From Lachnospiraceae bacterium (GTDB taxonomy: Bacteria; Bacillota; Clostridia; Lachnospirales; Lachnospiraceae), in NCBI GenBank assembly GCA_015258065.1, contig JABZIZ010000003.1, positions 76,649-140,648 on the forward strand: DNA of 64,000 nucleotides, in the 5' to 3' direction. Made by a program: the position numbers and the translations under genes. Positions 10,011 through 19,137 of this stretch are shown here, piece after piece. Numbering within the stretch: position 1 is the stretch's first letter; each line of letters opens with the position of its first letter. The notes below the pieces were generated by a model. That model did no database searches. It was not told the origin of the DNA and saw only the letters and a list, made by a program, of their open reading frames with translations.

Positions 10011-11346
10011 TCATCACGATGCCGACTTCCGCCAGCTGGATTAACACAGCGCTGCCACCGAAGGAAATAAAGGGTAGCGTGATGCCGGTATTGGGAATCG
10101 TATTGGTGACAACGGCGATATTTAAAATCACCTGGATGGCTATATGAGCCATGACACCGACCACGAGCAGGCTCCCAAACAGATCCGGCGCATTATTGGC
10201 AATCACCATCATCCGCCAAAGGAGCATCAAAAACAGCAGTACCAGTGCAATCCCACCAAAGATCCCCATCTCTTCACAAATGATAGAAAAAATCATATCA
10301 TTTTGCGCCTCGGGAAGGAGGGTCTTTTGCATACTCTCTCCCGGTCCCTTCCCGAAAATCCCGCCGGAACCAATGGCATAGAGACTTTGTAAGGTCTGAT
10401 ACGATCCATGTTTTTCCCTCGCATAGTCCTCCGGATGCAGCCAGGCCAGAACTCTCGCAAAGCGGAACGAAGAAGAAGGGTCTGCAACCTTCGTGATATA
10501 GTAGATAGCGGCAAAACCCAGACCTGCTGCGACGACCGTAAAAAGAAGAAATCTTCCATAATCCGGTGTGGCGACAAAGAGCATCACGATTGTGATTCCG
10601 AAAACAATCGCTGCGGACGACAGATTCTGTGTCACTTTATAGATCAGAGCACAGGGCAAAAGAGGGGTTGCAAGAAAAAACCAGAATCCCCTTCCTTTGC
10701 AGATTCTCTTCCGCATCTTACAGATCAGTGCCGCTAAGAAAAGAATCATGGCAACCTTTGCCACCTCGGCGGGCTGTACACTCATGCCTGCGATCTTAAA
10801 CCACCTTTTTGCCCCATGAGACGAGTATCCAAACGGAATGACCATCAGGATCAATGCCAGGCTTCCAAGGTACCCGGGAATGGCGAAATGAGAAAGCAGG
10901 TGATAATCCGGAAAGCGCGAAAGGACCACCATCAGGAGCAGACCCGCCACGACCGATTTCGCCTGGTGCCTCAAAAAATAGGTGGAATCTCCGTATTGCA
11001 GTGCTGCATTATAAGAGCTGGTGGAGAACAGCATCATCAGCCCAAACACACACAGGGTAAAGGTGAGCAGGACAAGACCGGAGTCATTGACTCCGTGAAA
11101 GGTCACTCTTCTGCGATCCCGATTCGCTCTGTCTAGACCTCGAAGATCTTGATACCTCCGGGAAACGGTAATCGGTCTGATTCTTCCGTTTTGAGAATGG
11201 TTCCGACGTGCGTGGGTCACATTTTCCTCACGATTCGTAGGCTCTCCATGAAATTTCCGAATTGTTGATGTCTGCATGTTCTCCTCGCATCGTCCATGAT
11301 CAGTCTCAAACGGAATCCTCCCTGTCCGGTTGATATCTCTTGTCAT
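9979..11346 (-). CDS. ftsW: SEDS-family peptidoglycan glycosyltransferase FtsW
   Basis: About 10 predicted transmembrane segments. Located between murD and ftsQ. Has an Arg-rich N-terminal tail of about 85 aa, so the start codon is uncertain. Confidence 0.8.
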   Translation of the reverse strand: MTRDINRTGRIPFETDHGRCEENMQTSTIRKFHGEPTNREENVTHARRNHSQNGRIRPITVSRRYQDLRGLDRANRDRRRVTFHGVNDSGLVLLTFTLCVFGLMMLFSTSSYNAALQYGDSTYFLRHQAKSVVAGLLLMVVLSRFPDYHLLSHFAIPGYLGSLALILMVIPFGYSSHGAKRWFKIAGMSVQPAEVAKVAMILFLAALICKMRKRICKGRGFWFFLATPLLPCALIYKVTQNLSSAAIVFGITIVMLFVATPDYGRFLLFTVVAAGLGFAAIYYITKVADPSSSFRFARVLAWLHPEDYAREKHGSYQTLQSLYAIGSGGIFGKGPGESMQKTLLPEAQNDMIFSIICEEMGIFGGIALVLLFLMLLWRMMVIANNAPDLFGSLLVVGVMAHIAIQVILNIAVVTNTIPNTGITLPFISFGGSAVLIQLAEVGIVMNVARRIEYQR

Positions 11347-11354
11347 TGATACTA

Positions 11355-11450
11355 ATATACCTTAAACAGAACTGGCTACAGCTGATTCATATATTCCTTA
11401 AACAAATCCGGCTACAGCTGATTCACATATTCCTTAAACAGGTCGCCGCG
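11355..11450. repeat. In-frame tandem repeat of the 3' terminal 36 bp of murD, stop codon included, about 2.5 copies
   Basis: Minus-strand reading: ...ctgtttaaggaatatgtgaatcagctgTAG ccggatttgtttaaggaatatatgaatcagctgTAG ccagttctgtttaaggtatatTAG. The period is 36 nt (12 codons), and each copy ends in a stop codon. Confidence 0.85.
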
Positions 11451-12800
11451 TTGTTCGTAGTTCTCAAACATGCCCCAACTTGCACAGGCCGGAGACAGAA
11501 GCACCGCATCCCCCTCCTTGGCGATTTCGGTACAATGCTTCAGTGCTTCGTCAAAAGTTTCCGCAAAATACAGGGACTTGATTCCGTATTTCTGCGCACA
11601 GGCAGCAATTTGCGGCGCCGTCTGCCCGATCAGAACCAGCTCCTTCACCTTCGGCTTAGCCTCTTTAATCCAGTCATCGTATGAATTTCCCTTATCATAC
11701 CCTCCGGCAATCAGAATCGTCGGTACATCCATGGCGCGAATTCCTTGAATCGCCGCATCCGGATTGGTTGCCTTCGAATCATTATAATAAGAAACACCAC
11801 CCTTTGTGGCTACATACTCGATTCGATGCGGCACAGCGCGAAATTGTCTGATCACCGGCAGCATTTGCTCCTTTTCAACTCCTGCAGCCAGGCAGATAGC
11901 AATCGCAGCCATGATGTTTTCCGCATTGCAAATCCCCACCAGCGTACTTTCAGAAAAACGCATAAAGCATTCACTCTTTCCGTCTTTTGCCAGAATGATC
12001 TGATCCCCATCCAGAAAAAGTCCGTTTTCCAACTTTTCTTGTGATGAAAACAGCACCGTATGCGCAGGACATTCCTTTGCAAACTTCCATGTATAAACAT
12101 TATCCCGGTTGAGCACACAGGTGTCTTCTTTGCTCTCATTCCTCGCGATCTGCTCTTTGCATCCAATATAGTTTTCCATCGTATGGTGTCGGTTGAGATG
12201 ATCCGGCGTGATATTCAGAATGGCGGAGACATCTGCATGAAACGCCTGTACTGCTTCCAGCTGAAAGGAGCTGATTTCCGCCACCGTCACCGATTCGTCA
12301 TCGGTCTCCATCGCCCTCTCCGCATAGGAAAAGCCGATATTTCCAACCAGAAACACCTTTTTACAAACGCTCTTCATGATCGCATAAACCAAAGAGGTAG
12401 TCGTTGTCTTGCCGTTGGTTCCTGTAATTGCCAGCAGCTTTCCCTTCGCAAACCGGAAGGCAAATTCCACTTCCGAGATGATTTCAACGCCTCTGTTTCG
12501 TAAATCGTCCATAAAAGGAGTATCAAGGGCAACCACCGGCGAGGGCACGCAAAGCGCCAGTTGTTCCATCTGCTCGTCTGAGAGTTTCCCGACCACGATG
12601 TCGCAACGCTGACGGTCGCTTTCATGCAGACTGCTTCTGATTTCACTCTCCTTCTTCTGTTCATTCTGCTCCAGGAGAATCGGTTTCGCTCCGATTTCAC
12701 AGGCAAGATGCACGCTTCCGACTCCCGAGAGTCCGGCGCCAATCACAAGGATCTTCTTACCCGCATATTTTTTGATCCATTCTTCTCTATCCATATTCAT
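11412..12800 (-). CDS. murD: UDP-N-acetylmuramoylalanine--D-glutamate ligase
   Basis: Mur ligase domains: ILVIGAGLSG nucleotide-binding motif and GTNGKTTTT. The start is more likely the internal MNMDREEW at about 12800 than the track's 12845. Confidence 0.9.
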   Translation of the reverse strand: MNMDREEWIKKYAGKKILVIGAGLSGVGSVHLACEIGAKPILLEQNEQKKESEIRSSLHESDRQRCDIVVGKLSDEQMEQLALCVPSPVVALDTPFMDDLRNRGVEIISEVEFAFRFAKGKLLAITGTNGKTTTTSLVYAIMKSVCKKVFLVGNIGFSYAERAMETDDESVTVAEISSFQLEAVQAFHADVSAILNITPDHLNRHHTMENYIGCKEQIARNESKEDTCVLNRDNVYTWKFAKECPAHTVLFSSQEKLENGLFLDGDQIILAKDGKSECFMRFSESTLVGICNAENIMAAIAICLAAGVEKEQMLPVIRQFRAVPHRIEYVATKGGVSYYNDSKATNPDAAIQGIRAMDVPTILIAGGYDKGNSYDDWIKEAKPKVKELVLIGQTAPQIAACAQKYGIKSLYFAETFDEALKHCTEIAKEGDAVLLSPACASWGMFENYEQRGDLFKEYVNQL

Positions 12801-12829
12801 CGGTTCGTCCTTTAAAGCCTTCTTCCTTC

Positions 12830-13798
12830 CTACAGCAGCGCCCAATACGCGAACATACAGCCTAAAATGGTTACGGTGGTAAAGGCATTCACCACCCTCG
12901 TCTCACTCCATCCGGACAGCTCAAAATGATGGTGAATCGGGGCCATTTTAAAAATTCGTTTTCCATGCGTTGCCTTAAAATATGTGACCTGCATGATCAC
13001 CGATATCACTTCAAGCGCATAGATGATTCCAAAAAAGGGGATAAGCAACGGGATTTGCAAGGCATAGGCCATGCCGGTTACAAAGCCGCCAATCGCCAAA
13101 GATCCCGTATCGCCCATCATCACCTTTCCCGGATACACATTGAAAAAAAGATATCCCAGAAGGGATCCGAAGAAAGCCGCCGACAAAAAGGCTGCGTCCA
13201 TTCTTCCCTCCCTCCATGCCACCAAAACAAAAAAGGCTGCAATAACGGCTGTCACCGACGCACAAAGTCCGTCTACTCCATCGGTGAAATTGGTTCCGTT
13301 GCTGGTAGCTAGAGCAATGAACATCAAAACAGGGATGGAAAGCCTCCCGAAATTGATCGCGTGATCAGGAAAAAACGGCAACACCATATCCGCATAATTG
13401 ATTCCGGCAAACTGTCCCAGAATAAAAATAAAAAGAAAAGAAGCCAGAAACTCTCCCAACAGTTTCTGCCAGGCACGCAGTCCCAGATTGCGATGTTTCA
13501 CCACCTTAATATAATCATCAATAAAACCGATCAGTCCAAATCCAAACGTAATACTTAACACCGCAGGGATCGTCGCATTCTGTTTGACCTTCGCATAAAT
13601 CAGAGACAGGAGAAGGACCGGTAAAAGAAAAATCCATCCGCCCATGGTAGGAGTGCCCGCCTTTTTTTTATGTGACTGCGGCCCTTCCTCTCTCTCCGTC
13701 TGATCCACCTTCTCTATCGTTAACAAACGAATGACCCATGGTCCCAGCAAGGTCGAGATCAGCCATGATCCGAATGCCACCATGATTACCAGTTTCAC
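12830..13798 (-). CDS. mraY: Phospho-N-acetylmuramoyl-pentapeptide transferase
   Basis: 322 aa, about 10 predicted transmembrane segments, conserved MraY motifs (PTMGG, FIDDYIKV, HHHFE). Confidence 0.95.
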   Translation of the reverse strand: MKLVIMVAFGSWLISTLLGPWVIRLLTIEKVDQTEREEGPQSHKKKAGTPTMGGWIFLLPVLLLSLIYAKVKQNATIPAVLSITFGFGLIGFIDDYIKVVKHRNLGLRAWQKLLGEFLASFLFIFILGQFAGINYADMVLPFFPDHAINFGRLSIPVLMFIALATSNGTNFTDGVDGLCASVTAVIAAFFVLVAWREGRMDAAFLSAAFFGSLLGYLFFNVYPGKVMMGDTGSLAIGGFVTGMAYALQIPLLIPFFGIIYALEVISVIMQVTYFKATHGKRIFKMAPIHHHFELSGWSETRVVNAFTTVTILGCMFAYWALL

Positions 13799-13813
13799 CT
13801 GAATCCATCCTCC

Positions 13814-16075
13814 TTAGTGCGTTTCACTCGCGCCTGCAACTCCGATGTCATCCGGAAGCGCTCCTGCATCACCGAGCTCCGTGTTCTCTCCATTCCCTGC
13901 ATTTTCTCCCTGCGCAGAAGTGGTATTACCCTTCTGAGAGACCGTATTAGCTGACGAAGTGGCGCTTTTACCTGCCTGTGTCTTTGCCTCTCCGTTGTCT
14001 CCGGTCTGAACTGTATTCCCGGTTGACGGGGACGCATCCTCTGATTGGTTCGTTCCTTCCTCTGTGGTGCCTTCTGTATCCTTAGCATCTTCCGTATCCG
14101 CATTGGAATCGGTTTCCGTAATCAGCGACTGCTGCTTCAGTTCCTCCAGCTCCGCCTTTTCTTCGTCGCTTAATGGCTCTGTCATAGGGATATTCAAATA
14201 AGGAAGAGCCTCTGTCAGAATCTGGCGCACAATACGTGTCGCAAATTTGGCGTCATCCTGTCTGGCTGCGTTCGGACGATCCACCACCACATAAATCGCA
14301 ATTTGCGGATGATCTACAGGGGCAAAACCCATAAAGGAAACGACATACCACTTTTTCGTGCTCCTGGGAAGCGTTTCCGCCGTTCCGGTCTTGCCTCCGA
14401 TCATATATCCCGCCGGTCGCGCCGTTTTGCCGGTACCCTCCGGCCCTGCCACGACCTGTTTGCAATATTCCTTGATTTTATCACTTACCGATGCGGAGAT
14501 CGTCTGCTTCAGGATTCGGGGCGAAATGTTTTTCATCACGGCACCGCCGGGAGAAATGATTTGTTTTGCCAGATGCGGTTCATAATAATAGCCGCCGTTG
14601 ACCAGTGACGAAAAGGCACTGATCATTTCAATCATCGTCACATTAAAGCCCTGTCCGAAGGAATTGGTCGCCAGCTCCGCACTACCAAGCTGGTCCGCCG
14701 AATAGGTAAGCCCCTGCGTCCTGGCTTCCCCTGCCGAATCGATTCCCGTTTTTAGCCCAAAGTTGAAAATATTCTGAAATTTGGCAAAGGTTTCCGCACC
14801 GGTTGCTTCGGCAATGTGCATCATGGTGACATTGCAGGAAACCTCAATAGCACGTTCCACGCTCACTTCGTTATGAACGCCGTGACAAGCAATCCGGTGT
14901 CCTCCTACTTCCAGAAACCCTTGGCAGGTATACACCTCGTTACCGGTGATCTTGCCGGCTTCCAGCGCGCCTGCTACGGTAAAAGGCTTTGCCACCGACC
15001 CCGGCTCATAGGTATCGCTGATACAATAGTTTCTCCAAAGGGAATTATATTGTTGTAAAAGAAGATCCCCCTCCAGCGTCCCCAGATTTTCCTGCGTAAT
15101 ATATTCATAATTATAATGCTCATCCCGAACTGGATTGCCCTTCTCGTCGACAAGCGGCCTTCCGATCAATGGTTCCGTATTCTTGGTATCGTTCAGATCA
15201 AACTGCGGATAAGATGCCATGGCGAGAATCGCCCCGGTATTCACATCCATGATGATACAGCCGGTATTATTGGCTCCGTCTCCCTCTCTGACTGCATTCT
15301 CATTTTGCGCATTAAATTCGTTCAGATATTTTTCTGCAATCGATTGCAAATTGCTGTCAATGGTAGACACGACCGTTTTGCCATCGTCAGCAGGAATGAC
15401 CGTTCTCTCCAGATTGGAGTCATCGTCCAGATAACCGTACTCCCTGCCATTTGTCCCGATCAGCGTATCATTATAATACTCTTCCAGTCCATACAGACCG
15501 TTTCCGTCACTCGTGGTAAAACCGATGACATCACTGGCAAGCGTCTTGTTCGGGTAGGTTCTCCGATAGCCATCCTCGAACCATACGCCTTGGATATTTT
15601 TGTTATAATGTTTGCTTTCCGGATTGGTCAGATCCTTGAAGGCCGATATGTCTGCAAATGAAAGCTGTTTCTTTAGAACATAATACCTGGAATCCGGGTG
15701 CTCTTTCACATACTGCCTGATCTCATCTGCGTTCAGTCCCAATTTTTCCGACAATGCACGGATGGTTGGCTCTATATACTCTTTTTGATCCGTCATCTGT
15801 ACGGCATCCAGAATGACATTATACACCTTTTCGCTGGCAGCCAGAACGGTTCCGTTGGTATCCAGGATCTTTCCTCTGCGAGCCGGAATCGGCTTGGAAT
15901 CATAAGCCTGTTGCGAAAGAACCTGCTTCTTATATTTTTCTCCGTCTTTTTTTACAATTCTGTAAAGACGATAACCTAGACCGGAAAACACAATCAATAC
16001 GATAAAGAACAGAACCAGTAATTTTTTCTTCATCCAGATCGTGAAAACCGGTTTTCTTCTGTTAGTATTTCCCAT
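13814..16075 (-). CDS. Class B penicillin-binding protein, transpeptidase (FtsI/PBP2B/SpoVD-like), with a roughly 110-aa low-complexity C-terminal tail
   Basis: N-terminal transmembrane anchor, PBP dimerisation domain, transpeptidase motifs SVAKP (SxxK), SCN and KTGTA. The tail is rich in S, T, N, G and E. Confidence 0.9.
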   Translation of the reverse strand: MGNTNRRKPVFTIWMKKKLLVLFFIVLIVFSGLGYRLYRIVKKDGEKYKKQVLSQQAYDSKPIPARRGKILDTNGTVLAASEKVYNVILDAVQMTDQKEYIEPTIRALSEKLGLNADEIRQYVKEHPDSRYYVLKKQLSFADISAFKDLTNPESKHYNKNIQGVWFEDGYRRTYPNKTLASDVIGFTTSDGNGLYGLEEYYNDTLIGTNGREYGYLDDDSNLERTVIPADDGKTVVSTIDSNLQSIAEKYLNEFNAQNENAVREGDGANNTGCIIMDVNTGAILAMASYPQFDLNDTKNTEPLIGRPLVDEKGNPVRDEHYNYEYITQENLGTLEGDLLLQQYNSLWRNYCISDTYEPGSVAKPFTVAGALEAGKITGNEVYTCQGFLEVGGHRIACHGVHNEVSVERAIEVSCNVTMMHIAEATGAETFAKFQNIFNFGLKTGIDSAGEARTQGLTYSADQLGSAELATNSFGQGFNVTMIEMISAFSSLVNGGYYYEPHLAKQIISPGGAVMKNISPRILKQTISASVSDKIKEYCKQVVAGPEGTGKTARPAGYMIGGKTGTAETLPRSTKKWYVVSFMGFAPVDHPQIAIYVVVDRPNAARQDDAKFATRIVRQILTEALPYLNIPMTEPLSDEEKAELEELKQQSLITETDSNADTEDAKDTEGTTEEGTNQSEDASPSTGNTVQTGDNGEAKTQAGKSATSSANTVSQKGNTTSAQGENAGNGENTELGDAGALPDDIGVAGASETH

Positions 16076-16086
16076 GGTCGCCCATC

Positions 16087-16560
16087 TTACCTGCCCGCAT
16101 CCGGAATATCCGCATTTTGTCTGACATAATCACTGCCTTCCGCATCCGAATATCGAATGACCTGCCCATCGGATGCATAACGCATCCCATATTTTTGAAT
16201 CGCGATTCTCTTAATTTCTTCCAGGTCTATTTTCGTCGTCACCTGATTATAGGCCTCGTCATTCTCCTGCTTCAGCGTATTCAACCTGCTCTTCAACTGC
16301 GAAATCTGCCTGACACTGCTGTTCATCTGCATGCGCAGGGATAAATAACCCGTTAAAACAACACAGCAAATGGTGATTCCTGCCAACATGAGCATCAGGT
16401 GAAAGAAATGTAGCCTATGAAGCTCCCTTCGCAGGGCCTCTCTTTCTTCTCTGATCCTGTGTTCCGGTTCTTCACCAACAAGAGACCTTCTTACGGGGAG
16501 TTCCTTAGGAATCGCAGTTCTCACCGTATTTCCATAAATGTACTTTTGAGTTCTTTCCAT
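16087..16560 (-). CDS. ftsL: Cell division protein FtsL
   Basis: Short bitopic protein with one transmembrane segment (FFHLMLMLAGITICCVVL) followed by a coiled-coil. Located between rsmH and the PBP gene. Start set to MERTQKY so that it abuts the rsmH stop; the longer track ORF overlaps rsmH by 130 nt. Confidence 0.6.
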   Translation of the reverse strand: MERTQKYIYGNTVRTAIPKELPVRRSLVGEEPEHRIREEREALRRELHRLHFFHLMLMLAGITICCVVLTGYLSLRMQMNSSVRQISQLKSRLNTLKQENDEAYNQVTTKIDLEEIKRIAIQKYGMRYASDGQVIRYSDAEGSDYVRQNADIPDAGR

Positions 16561-17519
16561 TATTTCTTCCTCATCTGTCTTTCGAAAATACGTAGTTTTG
16601 CGCTTTTCGCACGCGGGTTGCTTTCTCTCTCCCCCTCCGATGGTAAAATCGGTTTTGTTGTAACGACTCTCCCCATGCTGATTTTCCCACAAACACAGAC
16701 CGGAAATTCCGGAGGACAGGTACAGGGATTCTCATTTTTTCGAAACGCCGATTTCACAATCCTGTCTTCCAGAGAATGGAACGTAATCACACAAATTCTA
16801 CCACCGTCGTCAAGCCTCTCGATCATAGCGTCCAGCGCCCCGGATAAAACCTCCAGTTCTCGATTACAAGCGATGCGAATTGCCTGAAAAGTCCTCTTCG
16901 AGGGATGTCCTCCCTTGATTCTCATTTTCATTGGAATAGAGGACTCAATCATTTCATTCAGTTCAAATGTGGTCTCGATTGGTTTCTGCGTCCGTACTTT
17001 TACAATTTTACCGGCAATTCGGGTGGCAAAACGTTCCTCTCCATATTCCCTTAAAATGAGCGCAAGTTCTTTTTCTGTCCAGGTGTTTATGATTTCTTTT
17101 GCCGTAAGTGACTGCCTGCAGTCCATTCGCATGTCCAAAGGAGCGTTAAAGCGGTAAGAAAACCCCCTCTCCGGATCATCCAGCTGATGAGAGGAAACAC
17201 CGAGGTCTAGCAGGATTCCATCGACCAGACGGATCCCCTCTTCCTTTAATACGAGGGATATGTTCTCATAATTATCCCGAACCAGAGTGACCTGTCTTTC
17301 ATAAGGCCGGAGTTTTTGGGTGGCGGCTTCTATGGCATCCCCATCCTGATCGATGCCAATCAGTTTCCCGACGGGGGACAAACGTTTCACTATTTCGAAA
17401 GAATGTCCCGCCCCACCAAGCGTGCCGTCCACATAAATGCCGTCCGGTTTGATGCATAAACCGTTTAGGACTTCTTTCAGCAGGACAGGAGTATGTGAAA
17501 ATTCCATCTTTTCTCCCAT
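16560..17519 (-). CDS. rsmH: 16S rRNA (cytosine1402-N4)-methyltransferase RsmH (MraW)
   Basis: HTPVLL and [10 protein letters not shown] motifs. Immediately downstream of mraZ. Confidence 0.95.
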   Translation of the reverse strand: MGEKMEFSHTPVLLKEVLNGLCIKPDGIYVDGTLGGAGHSFEIVKRLSPVGKLIGIDQDGDAIEAATQKLRPYERQVTLVRDNYENISLVLKEEGIRLVDGILLDLGVSSHQLDDPERGFSYRFNAPLDMRMDCRQSLTAKEIINTWTEKELALILREYGEERFATRIAGKIVKVRTQKPIETTFELNEMIESSIPMKMRIKGGHPSKRTFQAIRIACNRELEVLSGALDAMIERLDDGGRICVITFHSLEDRIVKSAFRKNENPCTCPPEFPVCVCGKISMGRVVTTKPILPSEGERESNPRAKSAKLRIFERQMRKK

Positions 17520-17953
17520 CAGAATTCGAATCCCAGGTCGGAAGCAAGATCATCAATCTTCTCCATCGACTCCTCATTGCTGCTCCAGCGATCGCTGCTC
17601 CAAATCTCCAATTTATCTCCCACACCGACCACCGTAACATCCTTCGTAATACCTGCATGTTGCAGGAGAGGGGAAGGGATCAGGATTCTCCCCTGTTTGT
17701 CCAGCTCCGGATCCGTTGCGCCTGCCAGAAAAAATCGTTTGATCAGACGAGCATCCTTGTTGTTTAGGGGAAGCGCTGCAAGTTTCTGCTCCAGAGCGTT
17801 CCATCCTTCCTGATCAAACACATAAAGGCAGCCGTCAAAACCCTTGGTGACCACAAAGTGATCTCCAAGTCCTTCCCTGAATTTTGCAGGAATAATCAAT
17901 CTGCCCTTTGCGTCAATCGCATGGCTGAACTCACCCTTAAACGATGCACACAT
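17519..17953 (-). CDS. mraZ: Transcriptional regulator MraZ
   Basis: 144 aa, two SpoVT/AbrB-like repeats ([10 protein letters not shown] and [10 protein letters not shown]). First gene of the division cluster. Confidence 0.9.
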   Translation of the reverse strand: MCASFKGEFSHAIDAKGRLIIPAKFREGLGDHFVVTKGFDGCLYVFDQEGWNALEQKLAALPLNNKDARLIKRFFLAGATDPELDKQGRILIPSPLLQHAGITKDVTVVGVGDKLEIWSSDRWSSNEESMEKIDDLASDLGFEF

Positions 17954-17959
17954 TCACTT

Positions 17960-17985
17960 CCACTTTCCACCACTTTTTACCACTT
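17960..17985 (-). promoter_or_regulatory. Putative MraZ operator: three AAGTGG direct repeats on the minus strand, phased exactly 10 bp apart
   Basis: Plus-strand CCACTT at 17960, 17970 and 17980. A fourth, degenerate TCACTT sits at 17954. All lie between the predicted -10 element and the mraZ ATG. Confidence 0.5.
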
Positions 17986-17991
17986 GTTACC

Positions 17992-18020
17992 ATCTTATTC
18001 TATTCTTCGGTAAAAAACAA
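17992..18020 (-). promoter_or_regulatory. Putative sigma-A promoter of the mraZ cluster
   Basis: On the minus strand: -35 TTGTTT, a 17-nt spacer, then -10 TAAGAT. Confidence 0.35.
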
Positions 18021-18042
18021 TGACGGATTAAGGGAATTCCCG

Positions 18043-18077
18043 CAAAAAAAGAGGCCCTGCAGAAGATCTGCAGAGCC
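18043..18077 (-). terminator. Rho-independent terminator after lgt
   Basis: Minus-strand hairpin ggctctgcagatcttctgcagggcc followed by TCTTTTTTTG. Confidence 0.6.
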
Positions 18078-18141
18078 AAAATCCATAGGTTGTGATTCTT
18101 TCTATTCTGAACCACTAGATATTCCATTTTCTCTTCTCTGT

Positions 18142-19056
18142 TCAACTTTTCACAGAATATTCAGACTTCTTTTTCCTTCGTAAATAGAGATCCGCCAGTA
18201 CGGAACAGACAAAAACAAAAAGACCCAAAAACTGAGATACCGCAATCCGGGTTCCCGGCAGGCGAAGCTGATCTGTGCGAAGCTGCTCAATGAAAAAACG
18301 TCCGATTCCATAGCCTCCCAGATAGAACAGCATCATCTCGCCGTCAAATTTCCGATGGCGCACATAAAGCAGCATCAGACAAAGAAGCATCAGATTCCAA
18401 AGACTCTCATATAAAAAAGTCGGATGTACCTGAATATAGTTACTCCCCGCTGCAATATGAGCAGCGATTTTGGCAGTAATCTCATTTTGACGAACCATAT
18501 CCATCGGAAGACGCATGGCAAACAAGCTGTTGGTATAATCTCCAAACGCTTCCCGATTGGTAAAATTCCCCCACCTTCCAATAATCTGGCCGCAAACAAG
18601 ACCAAAAACCAACGTATCTGCAAAACGAAAATAGTTTTCTTTTTTGATTTTGACATAGACGGCCAATGTCGTAAAACCCGCAATGACGCCGCCATAAATG
18701 GCAAGCCCGCCATTTCGAATATAAAGGATGCTGATCGGATCCTCCCTGTATAAATCCCAGGAAAAAGCAACATAGTAAAGACGTGCGCCGATCACAGAAC
18801 ACACGATCAACCATAAGGCAGCATCCCAGACATGATCTTCCTGAACCCCCATGACCTTTGCCATACGAGCAGCCAGAAAAACACCAAGCAACATCCCGCA
18901 TCCGATAATCACGCCGTAGAAGGCAATAGGAAATCCAAAGATAGAAAAAGTTTTTGGTACATGATGGAGATAAATTCCCAGATGAGGAAATGCAATATCC
19001 ATCGATTGCATCATTTCAGGCATAACTATTCTCCATAAGAACAAGAAGAATCCCAA
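18142..19056 (-). CDS. lgt: Prolipoprotein diacylglyceryl transferase
   Basis: Polytopic membrane protein with the Lgt signature region (GRFFIEQLRTD) and Y residues. The start is probably an internal Met (MPEMM or MQSMD). Confidence 0.9.
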   Translation of the reverse strand: MGFFLFLWRIVMPEMMQSMDIAFPHLGIYLHHVPKTFSIFGFPIAFYGVIIGCGMLLGVFLAARMAKVMGVQEDHVWDAALWLIVCSVIGARLYYVAFSWDLYREDPISILYIRNGGLAIYGGVIAGFTTLAVYVKIKKENYFRFADTLVFGLVCGQIIGRWGNFTNREAFGDYTNSLFAMRLPMDMVRQNEITAKIAAHIAAGSNYIQVHPTFLYESLWNLMLLCLMLLYVRHRKFDGEMMLFYLGGYGIGRFFIEQLRTDQLRLPGTRIAVSQFLGLFVFVCSVLADLYLRRKKKSEYSVKS

Positions 19057-19137
19057 ACGATTGTTTGGATCCTCCAGACACCGGTATCGGAAGAACCATA
19101 GACCAGTCCATCAAGCATTGAACCTTAGAGCAGTCCA

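Noticed and set aside
16087-16692. Full 201-aa version of the ftsL ORF
   Set aside because: Its first 44 codons overlap the 3' end of rsmH by 130 nt. The internal Met (MERTQKY) abuts the rsmH stop and gives a canonical-length FtsL.
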